A DNA stretch of 64,000 nucleotides, from contig JBCBZW010000007.1 of the NCBI GenBank assembly GCA_039815145.1, positions 1,192 to 65,191 on the forward strand, written 5' to 3'. How positions within the stretch are numbered: the first letter of the stretch is position 1; each line of letters opens with the position of its first letter. Shown here piece by piece: positions 1 through 8,048 of the stretch. The stretch comes from Pseudomonadota bacterium. Lineage in GTDB: Bacteria; Pseudomonadota; Gammaproteobacteria; Steroidobacterales; JBCBZW01. Under the pieces are notes generated by a model. The model was not told the DNA's origin. It searched no databases and worked only from the letters and a program-made list of their open reading frames with translations. Made by a program: the position numbers and the translations under genes.

Positions 1-131
1 TATGACCGTATAGGCGTCAAGCGGCCATGCCCTCTTCCTGCGGGCATCACCGATCGGCATTGCGAACGCCTGGTAGTGCAGGAAGTGAAACCGGGATCCA
101 CGGCACGAAGCGCGCGAGGCTCAAGCTTGTC

Positions 132-608
132 ATGGCAACGGCCAATCAAGTCTCCGACAAACGCCAGCTCAGTGGTCAGCGAGTGATCGCCCCGTGCGAG
201 GTCATCGCGGACACGGCGAACCCCTACGCCTGGAATCCCGTGCGCTGTGGCTACATGGTGCTGAACGTTCGCGGCGGTTGCCTCTACCTCGGCGAGGTGT
301 TCGATGACAAGGACATCGATACCATGTTCCCCCGGGATGGGCGCGGGCTCTTCACCAGCCTCACCCTGTGCGCCGAGAACGCCCCCGAGGTGGTGCTCGA
401 GAATGTGCATGTCGCCTTCAAACGCATCAACAAGCACGCCGATCGCGACGGCATCGTCTTCACATTTCTCGATCTATCGGAAGAACAGTTGGACACCCTG
501 TTACGCGCCATCGACACGCTGCCCAGGATCGGGCGCAAGGAGGAGGCCAGCGTACCCCTCGAGAAGGTCATCAGCTTGAACAAGTCCGATCGGCTGACGC
601 TGCTCTAG
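132..608 (+). CDS. PilZ-like domain protein (hypothetical; degenerate c-di-GMP motifs)
   Basis: ORF 27..608; internal ATG at 132 (MATANQ...) preferred. 'KRQLSGQRVIAPCEV', 'VLNVRGGCLYL' and the C-terminal 'GIVFTFLDLSEEQLDTLLRAI' follow the PilZ domain layout. Codon third positions are GC-rich like neighbouring genes. Confidence 0.45.
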   Translation: MATANQVSDKRQLSGQRVIAPCEVIADTANPYAWNPVRCGYMVLNVRGGCLYLGEVFDDKDIDTMFPRDGRGLFTSLTLCAENAPEVVLENVHVAFKRINKHADRDGIVFTFLDLSEEQLDTLLRAIDTLPRIGRKEEASVPLEKVISLNKSDRLTLL

Positions 609-765
609 GCGGATCTCGAGAACCCGCCTCGCCGCCAATCCCGTCTTTTGAGTGTCGTTGATCGGTGACATGAATTGCACTACGCTGTCTTCGTGTGGCG
701 ACATCGGGGGTTCACCTTAGCAATCCCTGCGCCACCGCCTCAGGGAGACCACTAGCAACACGCTC

Positions 766-3700
766 ATGGGAGACGATATGCGCAGGGACGCGTCACGGGG
801 AAGGTACGCCCAACTTCTGACTATCATATTCGTTAGCTTGGGCGTGGGGTCGCTGCAGGCGGCGGACGTGGACGGAGTGAAGTTTCTCGGGGATGAAACC
901 GACCGCAACGTCGGCATCTTCGTCGGCGGCGACGGCGACTTCAATGCCGACGGCGTCGACGATCTGGTCATCGCCGCCTGGAAGACGTCGAGCGACTCAG
1001 ACGGTCGCGTCTACGTGATCTACGGAGGCCAACCGGTCGATCCCGACTTCCGCCTCGGCGATCTGCTGGACGGCGACGGTACCCGGGGCATCGCGATCCA
1101 TCCCGACGATGCCCGAACGCGCGACCGCTTCGGTCGCTCCGCAGACTTCATCGGCGACATCAACGGGGATGGGGTGGATGACCTCATCGTCGGCTCCATC
1201 TACTCCGGCCGCACGGACATCGGCGACCTGCCCTACGACGCGGGCGAGGCCTACGTGATCTACGGTCGCGCCGGCGGCTTGCCGAACAACTTCAACGTCG
1301 GCGACCTGCTGGCGGAAAACGGCGGCGACGGCAGCGAGGGGTTCGTCATCCGCGGCTTTCGTCGCCAGGACGAGCTCGGCCGGTCCGTCAGCCGGGCTGG
1401 CGACCTCAACGGTGACGGGCTGCCGGATCTGGTGGTGGGCGCCCTGGTCGACACCTACATCTACGATGATCCCACCCCCGGCGACGGACCGGGTGAGGCC
1501 TACGTGATCTTCGGTCGGCCGGACAACGGCTTCCCCGCCGAGATCGAGGTCGAAACCCTGGTCAACGAGGGCGACGGCAGCGAGGGCTTCGTCGTTCGTG
1601 GGGTGAAGAACCTGGACCGCATGGGCGTGGTGGCGGAAGCCGGCGACGTCGACGGCGACGGTATCGGCGACCTCGTGCTGGGCGCCCTGTCCGGCGGGCG
1701 AGGGGTGTCCGGCGAGGTGTACGTCGTCTACGGCCGCAGCGATCCCTTCCCCGGCGTGTTGGAACTGGCCTCGCTCCTGCCCAGCAACGGCGGTAACGGC
1801 AGCGAAGGCTTCGTGGTGGTCGGTGCGACGCCCGGCGATCGCCTCGGCCTCGTCCACGGGGCTGGAGATATCAACGGCGATGGTTTCGACGACGTGCTCA
1901 TGGGCGGCTACCGAGCAGAACCCTTCGGCTTGATCGAGTCGGGGGCCGTCTACGTGATCTTCGGCACGCCCCGCGCGGTGCGTGGCCCGGCCTTCGATCT
2001 ACGCTCCCTGTTCCCCGCCAACGGCGGTGACGGCAGCCGCGGTTTCATCGTGCCGGGCAGCGATGCGGGCGATCGCCTGGCGTCCGTGAGCACGGCGGGT
2101 AACGTCAACGGCGATGACTTCGAGGACTTTATCGTCGGTTCCTTCCGTGGGGAGGAGGGCGGTGGCAACAACACCGCGGATGTCGGCGAGGCCTACCTGA
2201 TCCTCGGTCGCGCCATCTTTCCGCCCGTGTTCGTGCTCGACACCTTGCGACCGGAGTTTGCCGCCGACGGCAGCTCGGGCGCGGTGATCACGGGCGAAGA
2301 CGCAGGCGGGCGCCAGGGGCGAGCCCTCAGCACCGCAGGCGACATCGACGGTGACGGCTACGACGATGTCATCACCGGCGCCTGGCAAGCGGACGGCGAA
2401 GGCAACGGTCGCAGTTCGGACGATGCGGGCGAGGCCTACCTCACCTACGGACGACCGGGCCTGCAGCCCTCCACCCTCAAGGTGGCGGTGTACGACAACC
2501 CCTTCCCCAACCCGGTGGTCGGCGCCTGCGCGGGCCTTGCCGTGGAGCTGTTCGACGATGTGAACTTCGCCGACTCCCTCGGCACGCTGCCTGTGGCCGT
2601 CTACGAATCCCTGCCCGATGAGCAGGACAACCGCATCACGGCCATCAGCGTGCCCGCCGGGTTGCGCGTGTTGCTGTTCCGTAGTGACGACGTCTCCCTC
2701 AGTGCCGACCTCATCGTCACGGAAGACACGGTGCTCACCGGCGGCGACGACAACGCCGTCAGCGCCCTGGTGGTCGAATGCGCCGATCCGCTCGGGGTCC
2801 CTCAGCTCATCAATCCCGGGGATCAACGCAACGTGGTGGGCGATCGCATCAGCCTGACCATCGGCGTCGCCAACGCGGAACAGGGGCCCTTCACCTTCAC
2901 CGCCTCCGGCCTGCCACCGATCACGGGCATCAACCCGGTGACCGGTGCGATCGGCGGCCGCGTCTCGACCCCCGGTGTGTACCCGGTGACCGTGATGGCC
3001 ACCAACCGCTACGGCGGGGTCGGCGAGGTCTCCTTCCTCTGGGCCGTGGCCGATGCTTCGGACAACGTTCCGCCCACCTTGGTCGACCCGGGCCCACAGA
3101 CGGACTTCCTGGACGCGCCGGTGACCCTCCAGCTGCAGGGGGATGACGTGGACGGCGACGTGTTGACCTACACGGCCGCTCCCTTGCCCGAGGGGTTGCT
3201 CCTCGACCCGGCGACGGGGCTGATCACCGGGACGCCCACCCTCGAGCAATCGCTCACGGTCACCGCCACGGTCAGCGATCCGGGCGGCGCCAGCGCCTCG
3301 GTGACCTTCGCCTGGGATGTGGAGCTCGAACCCAACCTGCCGCCGACGCTCGAACAGCCGGCGGACCAGCGCACGGTGGTCGACGAGCCTGCCTCGCTGC
3401 AACTCGTGGCGAGCGACGGCAACGGCGATACGCTCACCTTCGCGGCCGAGGGGTTGCCCGAGGGGCTGAGCATCGATCCTGCGACGGGCTTGATCAGCGG
3501 CACGCCCACGAGCATCGGTGAGTTCATCGTGTCTGCCTCTGTCGCCGATACGCGCGATGGCAGTGATCAGGCGAGCTTCACGTGGCGCGTACTGGACGAT
3601 GAGGTGCTCATCGACACGGGCTTCGACGACGACGCCGATGGCTTTACCTACATCGACGATGCCTTCCGCGGCACCGACGAGCCGACCTACGCCGACGGCA

Positions 3701-4671
3701 CCTACGGCGCCGACAGTGGCTTCGACGGCGGTGGGCTCGAGGTGGTGACCGGTGGCATCGACGGCGATGACATCACGGGCATGTCGGGCGGTTGGACCCG
3801 AGGTTTCACCCTGGTGGAGCCGTCGGTGGTCTCGCTCACCTTACGCTACGAGTTGAACCACGCGGCTTCCCATGAGCCCGACGAGCTGGTCCAGGCCCTG
3901 GCCTCCATCGACGGCACCTTGCTCGGCGCTGACGGCAGCGATGTCATCGCAGAGCTGGTAGGACTCGACGGCAGTCCCGACGATGTCGACAGCACCGGCT
4001 GGCAGGTCTTCACGGCGACGGCGTCATTGCCCGCCGGCGAGCACGTGCTGACGCTGGGCATCTACCACAGCAAGAAGACCGTGGCCGACGAGATCTCGAG
4101 CGTGCGCTACGACGATGTGAGCCTGACCGTCGCGCCGGTGATCGTCGACGCCCGCTTCGACGGCGATAGCGATGGCTTCGCCTACGCCGACGATGTCTTC
4201 CGTGGCACCGACGCCCCGGCGTACGCGGACGGTGCCTACGAGAGCGACGGTGGCTTCGACGGCGGCGGCGTGGCCGTGACCACCGGCGGCATCGACGACG
4301 ACGACATCACGGGCATGTCCGGTGCCTGGTCGCGCGGCTTCAACCTCGCCGAGGCGTCGACGGTCACCCTGACCCTGCGCTACGAGCTCGTGCTGAGCGG
4401 GGAGCACGAGAGCGATGAGTTGGCGCAGGTGCTGGCTGCCGTCGACGGTGTGCTGGTGGGACGCGACGGTGGGGACGTCATCGATGAGCTCGTGGGGCCG
4501 AACGACGACGGTAGCCCGGATCTCACCACCGGCTGGCAGACCTTCAGCGTGACCCTGTCGCTCGGGGCGGGGGAGCACACGCTCTCGCTCGGCAGTTTCC
4601 ACAATGAGAAGACCTTTGCCGACGAGAGCGCCGAGGTGCGCTTCGACGATGTCCTGATCGTTCTCGATTAA
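766..4671 (+). CDS. Giant secreted integrin-like FG-GAP propeller / Ig-repeat protein (putative adhesin)
   Basis: 1301-aa ORF with a signal peptide (LLTIIFVSLGVGSLQA/AD). Seven 'GDxNGDGxDDxxxG' FG-GAP/Ca-binding repeats, each followed by 'GEAYV(I/V)(Y/F)G'. A beta/gamma-crystallin-like segment (KVAVYDNP...VLLFRSDD). Three 'LT(Y/F)xAxxLPEGLxxDPATGLIxGTP' He_PIG/cadherin-like repeats. Two tandem ~175-aa C-terminal copies. Confidence 0.85.
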   Translation: MGDDMRRDASRGRYAQLLTIIFVSLGVGSLQAADVDGVKFLGDETDRNVGIFVGGDGDFNADGVDDLVIAAWKTSSDSDGRVYVIYGGQPVDPDFRLGDLLDGDGTRGIAIHPDDARTRDRFGRSADFIGDINGDGVDDLIVGSIYSGRTDIGDLPYDAGEAYVIYGRAGGLPNNFNVGDLLAENGGDGSEGFVIRGFRRQDELGRSVSRAGDLNGDGLPDLVVGALVDTYIYDDPTPGDGPGEAYVIFGRPDNGFPAEIEVETLVNEGDGSEGFVVRGVKNLDRMGVVAEAGDVDGDGIGDLVLGALSGGRGVSGEVYVVYGRSDPFPGVLELASLLPSNGGNGSEGFVVVGATPGDRLGLVHGAGDINGDGFDDVLMGGYRAEPFGLIESGAVYVIFGTPRAVRGPAFDLRSLFPANGGDGSRGFIVPGSDAGDRLASVSTAGNVNGDDFEDFIVGSFRGEEGGGNNTADVGEAYLILGRAIFPPVFVLDTLRPEFAADGSSGAVITGEDAGGRQGRALSTAGDIDGDGYDDVITGAWQADGEGNGRSSDDAGEAYLTYGRPGLQPSTLKVAVYDNPFPNPVVGACAGLAVELFDDVNFADSLGTLPVAVYESLPDEQDNRITAISVPAGLRVLLFRSDDVSLSADLIVTEDTVLTGGDDNAVSALVVECADPLGVPQLINPGDQRNVVGDRISLTIGVANAEQGPFTFTASGLPPITGINPVTGAIGGRVSTPGVYPVTVMATNRYGGVGEVSFLWAVADASDNVPPTLVDPGPQTDFLDAPVTLQLQGDDVDGDVLTYTAAPLPEGLLLDPATGLITGTPTLEQSLTVTATVSDPGGASASVTFAWDVELEPNLPPTLEQPADQRTVVDEPASLQLVASDGNGDTLTFAAEGLPEGLSIDPATGLISGTPTSIGEFIVSASVADTRDGSDQASFTWRVLDDEVLIDTGFDDDADGFTYIDDAFRGTDEPTYADGTYGADSGFDGGGLEVVTGGIDGDDITGMSGGWTRGFTLVEPSVVSLTLRYELNHAASHEPDELVQALASIDGTLLGADGSDVIAELVGLDGSPDDVDSTGWQVFTATASLPAGEHVLTLGIYHSKKTVADEISSVRYDDVSLTVAPVIVDARFDGDSDGFAYADDVFRGTDAPAYADGAYESDGGFDGGGVAVTTGGIDDDDITGMSGAWSRGFNLAEASTVTLTLRYELVLSGEHESDELAQVLAAVDGVLVGRDGGDVIDELVGPNDDGSPDLTTGWQTFSVTLSLGAGEHTLSLGSFHNEKTFADESAEVRFDDVLIVLD

Positions 4672-4680
4672 GCGCCGACC

Positions 4681-5730
4681 TCAGCAGCCGCGCGCGTAGA
4701 ACCAGGTGTTCGGGGCGCCGTTGGGTGCCCAGGCGGGTATCCAGCCCGCGTGCCGGGTGTCGGGCGCGCCACCCTCGCATGGGCTGGCGTCGAGAATGTC
4801 GACGTGCAACCAGGTACTGCCGGCGAGGTCAGCAACTTCCTTGACCACCACGGGGCGCTCGCGGCGCCGGTCCAGGCGGAGCACCCGGCCGGCGCCCGGT
4901 CCGTCCGGCCACAGGAGTGCGTCCCAGTCGCCGGTCAGGTAGGTGAGTCGATCGGGTAGCAACTTACGCAGGGGCCAGTAGGTGCCCGCGGCGTCCGAAG
5001 GCAGCCAGGCGACCGCTTCCGGCACGGTGTCGTCGATGCGGATCGCATACCACCCCTGTGCCGTGTCCATCACGATCGCTGCTGCGAATTCATAGGTGGC
5101 TTCGCGGCTGGGTATCTCGTCCATCGAGCGCACGATCTTCACCACCGCGGCATCGCTCGCGGGCGCACTGCGCAGGGTGACGTGACCGCCGTGGGCCAGG
5201 GGTTCGAGATCCAGGAGTCCGCGCAAACGCAGGCGTTGCAAGCCGGCGTTGACTTCGCGTAGTGCCTCCGTCGCCTGCAGCGTGGCCAGCTGGGCCGCGA
5301 CCTGCGCGCCGGGCACCTCGTCGAAGCCCACGAGGCCGTTCTCCACGGAGGGATCGTGTAGGCGGCTGCCCTCGCAGGTGCTGACGAAGGCGCGGGTGGG
5401 CGTTTGCGGGTCGACGGTGGCGAAGATCAGGTACTGGCGACCGAGCAGGGCGGGGATGCCGCAGCCTGCACTACTCGCCGCGGTCACGAAGGCGATGTCC
5501 GTAGGGTCACCTTTGTAGGGGGCGACGCTGGGGTCGAGCGTTAGGGTGACCTGTCCCTCGTCGGGACTGCCGCCGAGCTCGGTGACGGTCGCGATCATCA
5601 CGATGTCGGCGGCGGCGAAGTACTCGCTCATCGGGCGCGGCGCGCAGCGGCAGGCGAGCGCCTGCGTCGCGATCATCATGAGGAGCGCTGCGACCGGCAA
5701 TCGAAGCGATGTGCTTTGCAAAGTAACCAT
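4681..5730 (-). CDS. Secreted TIMP/netrin-like 'CxC' N-terminal domain protein with SH3b-like C-terminal region
   Basis: ORF 4681..5739 (TTG). ATG at 5730 is preceded by GAGGG. The signal peptide ends 'TQALA' and is followed directly by 'CRCAPRPMSEYFAAADIVMIATVTEL', the pattern of bacterial TIMP-like proteins (mature N-terminal Cys-x-Cys). C-terminal 'GWYAIRIDD...VAWLP' looks SH3b-like. Confidence 0.7.
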   Translation of the reverse strand: MVTLQSTSLRLPVAALLMMIATQALACRCAPRPMSEYFAAADIVMIATVTELGGSPDEGQVTLTLDPSVAPYKGDPTDIAFVTAASSAGCGIPALLGRQYLIFATVDPQTPTRAFVSTCEGSRLHDPSVENGLVGFDEVPGAQVAAQLATLQATEALREVNAGLQRLRLRGLLDLEPLAHGGHVTLRSAPASDAAVVKIVRSMDEIPSREATYEFAAAIVMDTAQGWYAIRIDDTVPEAVAWLPSDAAGTYWPLRKLLPDRLTYLTGDWDALLWPDGPGAGRVLRLDRRRERPVVVKEVADLAGSTWLHVDILDASPCEGGAPDTRHAGWIPAWAPNGAPNTWFYARGC

Positions 5731-5742
5731 TGCCGTCAACCC

Positions 5743-6084
5743 TCAGCCGCCGAAGTCGCGCGCACGGCCGGTGCGACGCAGGGCCGCGACGGTCGTGCCG
5801 TCACAGTCCTCCAGGTTGGGTGCCTGCACGGAGCCGTCGCGGGCGACGGTGACGAGCACGGGGTTGGAGGTGAGCGACTTATACAAGGTGGCACCGTCTT
5901 GGATCCGCGCGCTGACGTAGAACACCAGTTGGTCCCAGGGCAGCACCTGCGTTGGGTCGTCGACCGAGCACACGATGACGTCGGGCGCGTCACCGAGCAT
6001 GCCCGCACGCGTCGGCGTGCTCAGGCTGAGCAGACTCGCCGCGATGGCGATGGTGATGGCGAGTGTCAATGGCCTGAAGCGCAT
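5743..6084 (-). CDS. Small secreted hypothetical protein
   Basis: ORF 5743..6099 (TTG). ATG at 6084 with AAGGAC 6 nt upstream. Signal peptide MRFRPLTLAITIAIAASLLSLSTPTRA. The stop TGA lies inside the SD region of the downstream TIMP-like gene, so this is a 2-gene operon. Confidence 0.55.
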   Translation of the reverse strand: MRFRPLTLAITIAIAASLLSLSTPTRAGMLGDAPDVIVCSVDDPTQVLPWDQLVFYVSARIQDGATLYKSLTSNPVLVTVARDGSVQAPNLEDCDGTTVAALRRTGRARDFGG

Positions 6085-6213
6085 GGCGATGTCCTTCAAC
6101 GTGGGAGTCCTTACAGGATAGGTCAGTTGCGCACTGGCGTGGTTCCCCAGCCGTCACGCCCCGGAGGGACTCGTGCGACAATCGGGCGCAGGGGATTACT
6201 AGTGGGGGACGCC

Positions 6214-8040
6214 ATGGGCAAGCAGATTACACGCCGGGATTTCTTGAACGGTACGCAGGTGGCCCTGGGCGCGAGCTTGCTGACGCCGTGGAGTGAGGTC
6301 TTCGGCGCGACTGGCCCGGGAGCTGCGTACCCGCCCGCGCGAACGGGCCTGCGCGGCACCCACGATGGCGCTTGGGAGACCATGCATGCGCGCGTGGCCG
6401 GCAAGCGTTGGCCGAGCGAGAAGCCCTCTGAGGCCTACGATCTGGTGATCGTCGGCGCCGGCATCAGCGGCCTGTCCGCTGCCTACTTCTACCGCCAGGC
6501 GCACCCGAAGGCACGCATTCTGATCCTCGACAATCACGACGACTTCGGTGGCCATGCGAAGCGCAACGAGTTTCGCATCCAGGGGCGCACGCGCATCGGC
6601 TATGGCGGCACGGAGGCGATCGACACACCATCGTCCTACTCGGCGATCGCCCGCCAGCTGCTGAAGGACATCGGCATCGACTTGCAGCGCTTCTACCAGT
6701 ACTTTCATCAGGACCTTTACGAGTCGATGGGGCTGGGTCACTCCATCATGTTCGACGCCGCCACCTACGGCGAGCGCAAGCTCGTCACCGGCTACGGGTC
6801 GCGGCCGTGGGAGGCCTTCGCCGCGGACACGCCGATGAATCCGCGCGCCCGAGCCGACCTGGTCCGCATCTTCACCGAAGAATGCGACTACCTGCCGGGA
6901 CTCTCCTACGAGGAGAAGTACGCGCGCCTCGCCAAGATCAGCTACCTGGATTTCCTGCGCGACCACGCCAAGGTGGACGAGCAGGTGCTGGGCATCTATC
7001 GCCAGTGGTTCCGCAGCTTCTACGGCTTGGGATCGAAGGACGTGCCGGCGCTGCTCATCAGTGAGTACGGCGACGGTGGCGGTCTGCCGGGCCTTACGCA
7101 CACGATGCCGCGGGTGGGTCATCGCGGCGATGAGCCCTACATCTTCCATTTCCCGGATGGCAACGCGTCCGTCGCCAGGTTGTTGGTGCGCGCGCTGCTT
7201 GCCGAGGCCGTTCCCGGCGAGACCATGGAGGATGTGGTGACCGCCGTGGTCGACTACGCGTCGTTGGATCGGCCCGGATCGGACCTGCGCTTGCGCCTCG
7301 AGAGCACGGTGACCAACGCCCAGCACACGGGCGATGAGAAGGCCGTGGACGTGACCTACGTGCACCATGGGGAGGCCACTACCGTGCGCGCGGGTCAATG
7401 CATCATGGCGTGCTACAACGCCGCGATCCCCTACCTGTGCCCGGAGCTGCCGGCGGCCCAGAAGGAGGGTCTGGCCTACAACGTGAAGGTGCCCCTCACC
7501 TACACCAAGGTGCTGATCAACAACTGGACGTCGTTCGTGAAGCAGGGCATCTCCTACGTCTACTTCACCAACGACTTCTACAAGCAGATCGAGCTCGACT
7601 ACCCCGTGAGCATGGGCGACTACGCCTTCGACGAGGGACCCGAGCAACCGATGATCGTGCATCTGTGCCACGTGCCCTACTTCGATGGCATCGAAGGGCC
7701 CGAGCAGTGGCGCGCCGGTCGTCGCCAGCTGCTGTCCACGTCCTTCGCCGACTTCGAGTTCCACGTGCGCGATCAGATGGACGCCGCCCTCGGCGCGGGC
7801 GGTTTCGATGCCGAGCGCGACATCGAGGCGATCACCGTCAATCGCTGGCCCCACGGTTACGCTTACAACCCGATCTACCTGTGGGAACCCGAGTGGCAGG
7901 ACCCCGCGGCGACCCCCTGGGCGATCGGGCGTCAGCGCTTCGGCCGCATCGCCATCGCCAACTCAGATGCCGGGGCGAGCTCGGACACGAACACGGCGAT
8001 CACCGAGGCCCACCGAGCGGTGGGTGAGCTGGTGGGCTGA
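6214..8040 (+). CDS. Tat-exported FAD/NAD(P)-binding oxidoreductase (spermidine-dehydrogenase-like)
   Basis: In-frame ATG at 6214 gives 'MGKQITRRDFLNGTQVALGASLL' (twin-arginine signal). Dinucleotide-binding 'DLVIVGAGISGLSAAYFY'. The upstream part of ORF 5716..8040 is an Arg/Gly-rich shadow extension. Confidence 0.8.
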   Translation: MGKQITRRDFLNGTQVALGASLLTPWSEVFGATGPGAAYPPARTGLRGTHDGAWETMHARVAGKRWPSEKPSEAYDLVIVGAGISGLSAAYFYRQAHPKARILILDNHDDFGGHAKRNEFRIQGRTRIGYGGTEAIDTPSSYSAIARQLLKDIGIDLQRFYQYFHQDLYESMGLGHSIMFDAATYGERKLVTGYGSRPWEAFAADTPMNPRARADLVRIFTEECDYLPGLSYEEKYARLAKISYLDFLRDHAKVDEQVLGIYRQWFRSFYGLGSKDVPALLISEYGDGGGLPGLTHTMPRVGHRGDEPYIFHFPDGNASVARLLVRALLAEAVPGETMEDVVTAVVDYASLDRPGSDLRLRLESTVTNAQHTGDEKAVDVTYVHHGEATTVRAGQCIMACYNAAIPYLCPELPAAQKEGLAYNVKVPLTYTKVLINNWTSFVKQGISYVYFTNDFYKQIELDYPVSMGDYAFDEGPEQPMIVHLCHVPYFDGIEGPEQWRAGRRQLLSTSFADFEFHVRDQMDAALGAGGFDAERDIEAITVNRWPHGYAYNPIYLWEPEWQDPAATPWAIGRQRFGRIAIANSDAGASSDTNTAITEAHRAVGELVG

Positions 8041-8048
8041 CCGAGCCG

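Noticed and set aside
1999-3402. 467-aa minus-strand ORF (and 997..1857, 4024..4602) inside the adhesin gene
   Set aside because: These are antisense shadow ORFs typical of high-GC DNA. They are Arg/Gly/His/Ala-rich with no motifs, while the plus-strand frame has clear repeat and domain structure.
5716-6213. N-terminal extensions offered by the ORF track (5716-6213; also 14921-15250, 37800-38021, 43131-43289, 56449-57150, 9438-9530)
   Set aside because: The extensions are Arg/Gly/Pro-rich, overlap upstream genes, and precede internal ATGs that give native-looking N-termini (Tat signals, conserved family starts) with SD sequences.
6199-7854. 551-aa minus-strand ORF opposite the Tat flavoprotein gene
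   Set aside because: Shadow ORF with no recognisable motif. The plus frame has a Tat signal and a dinucleotide-binding motif.
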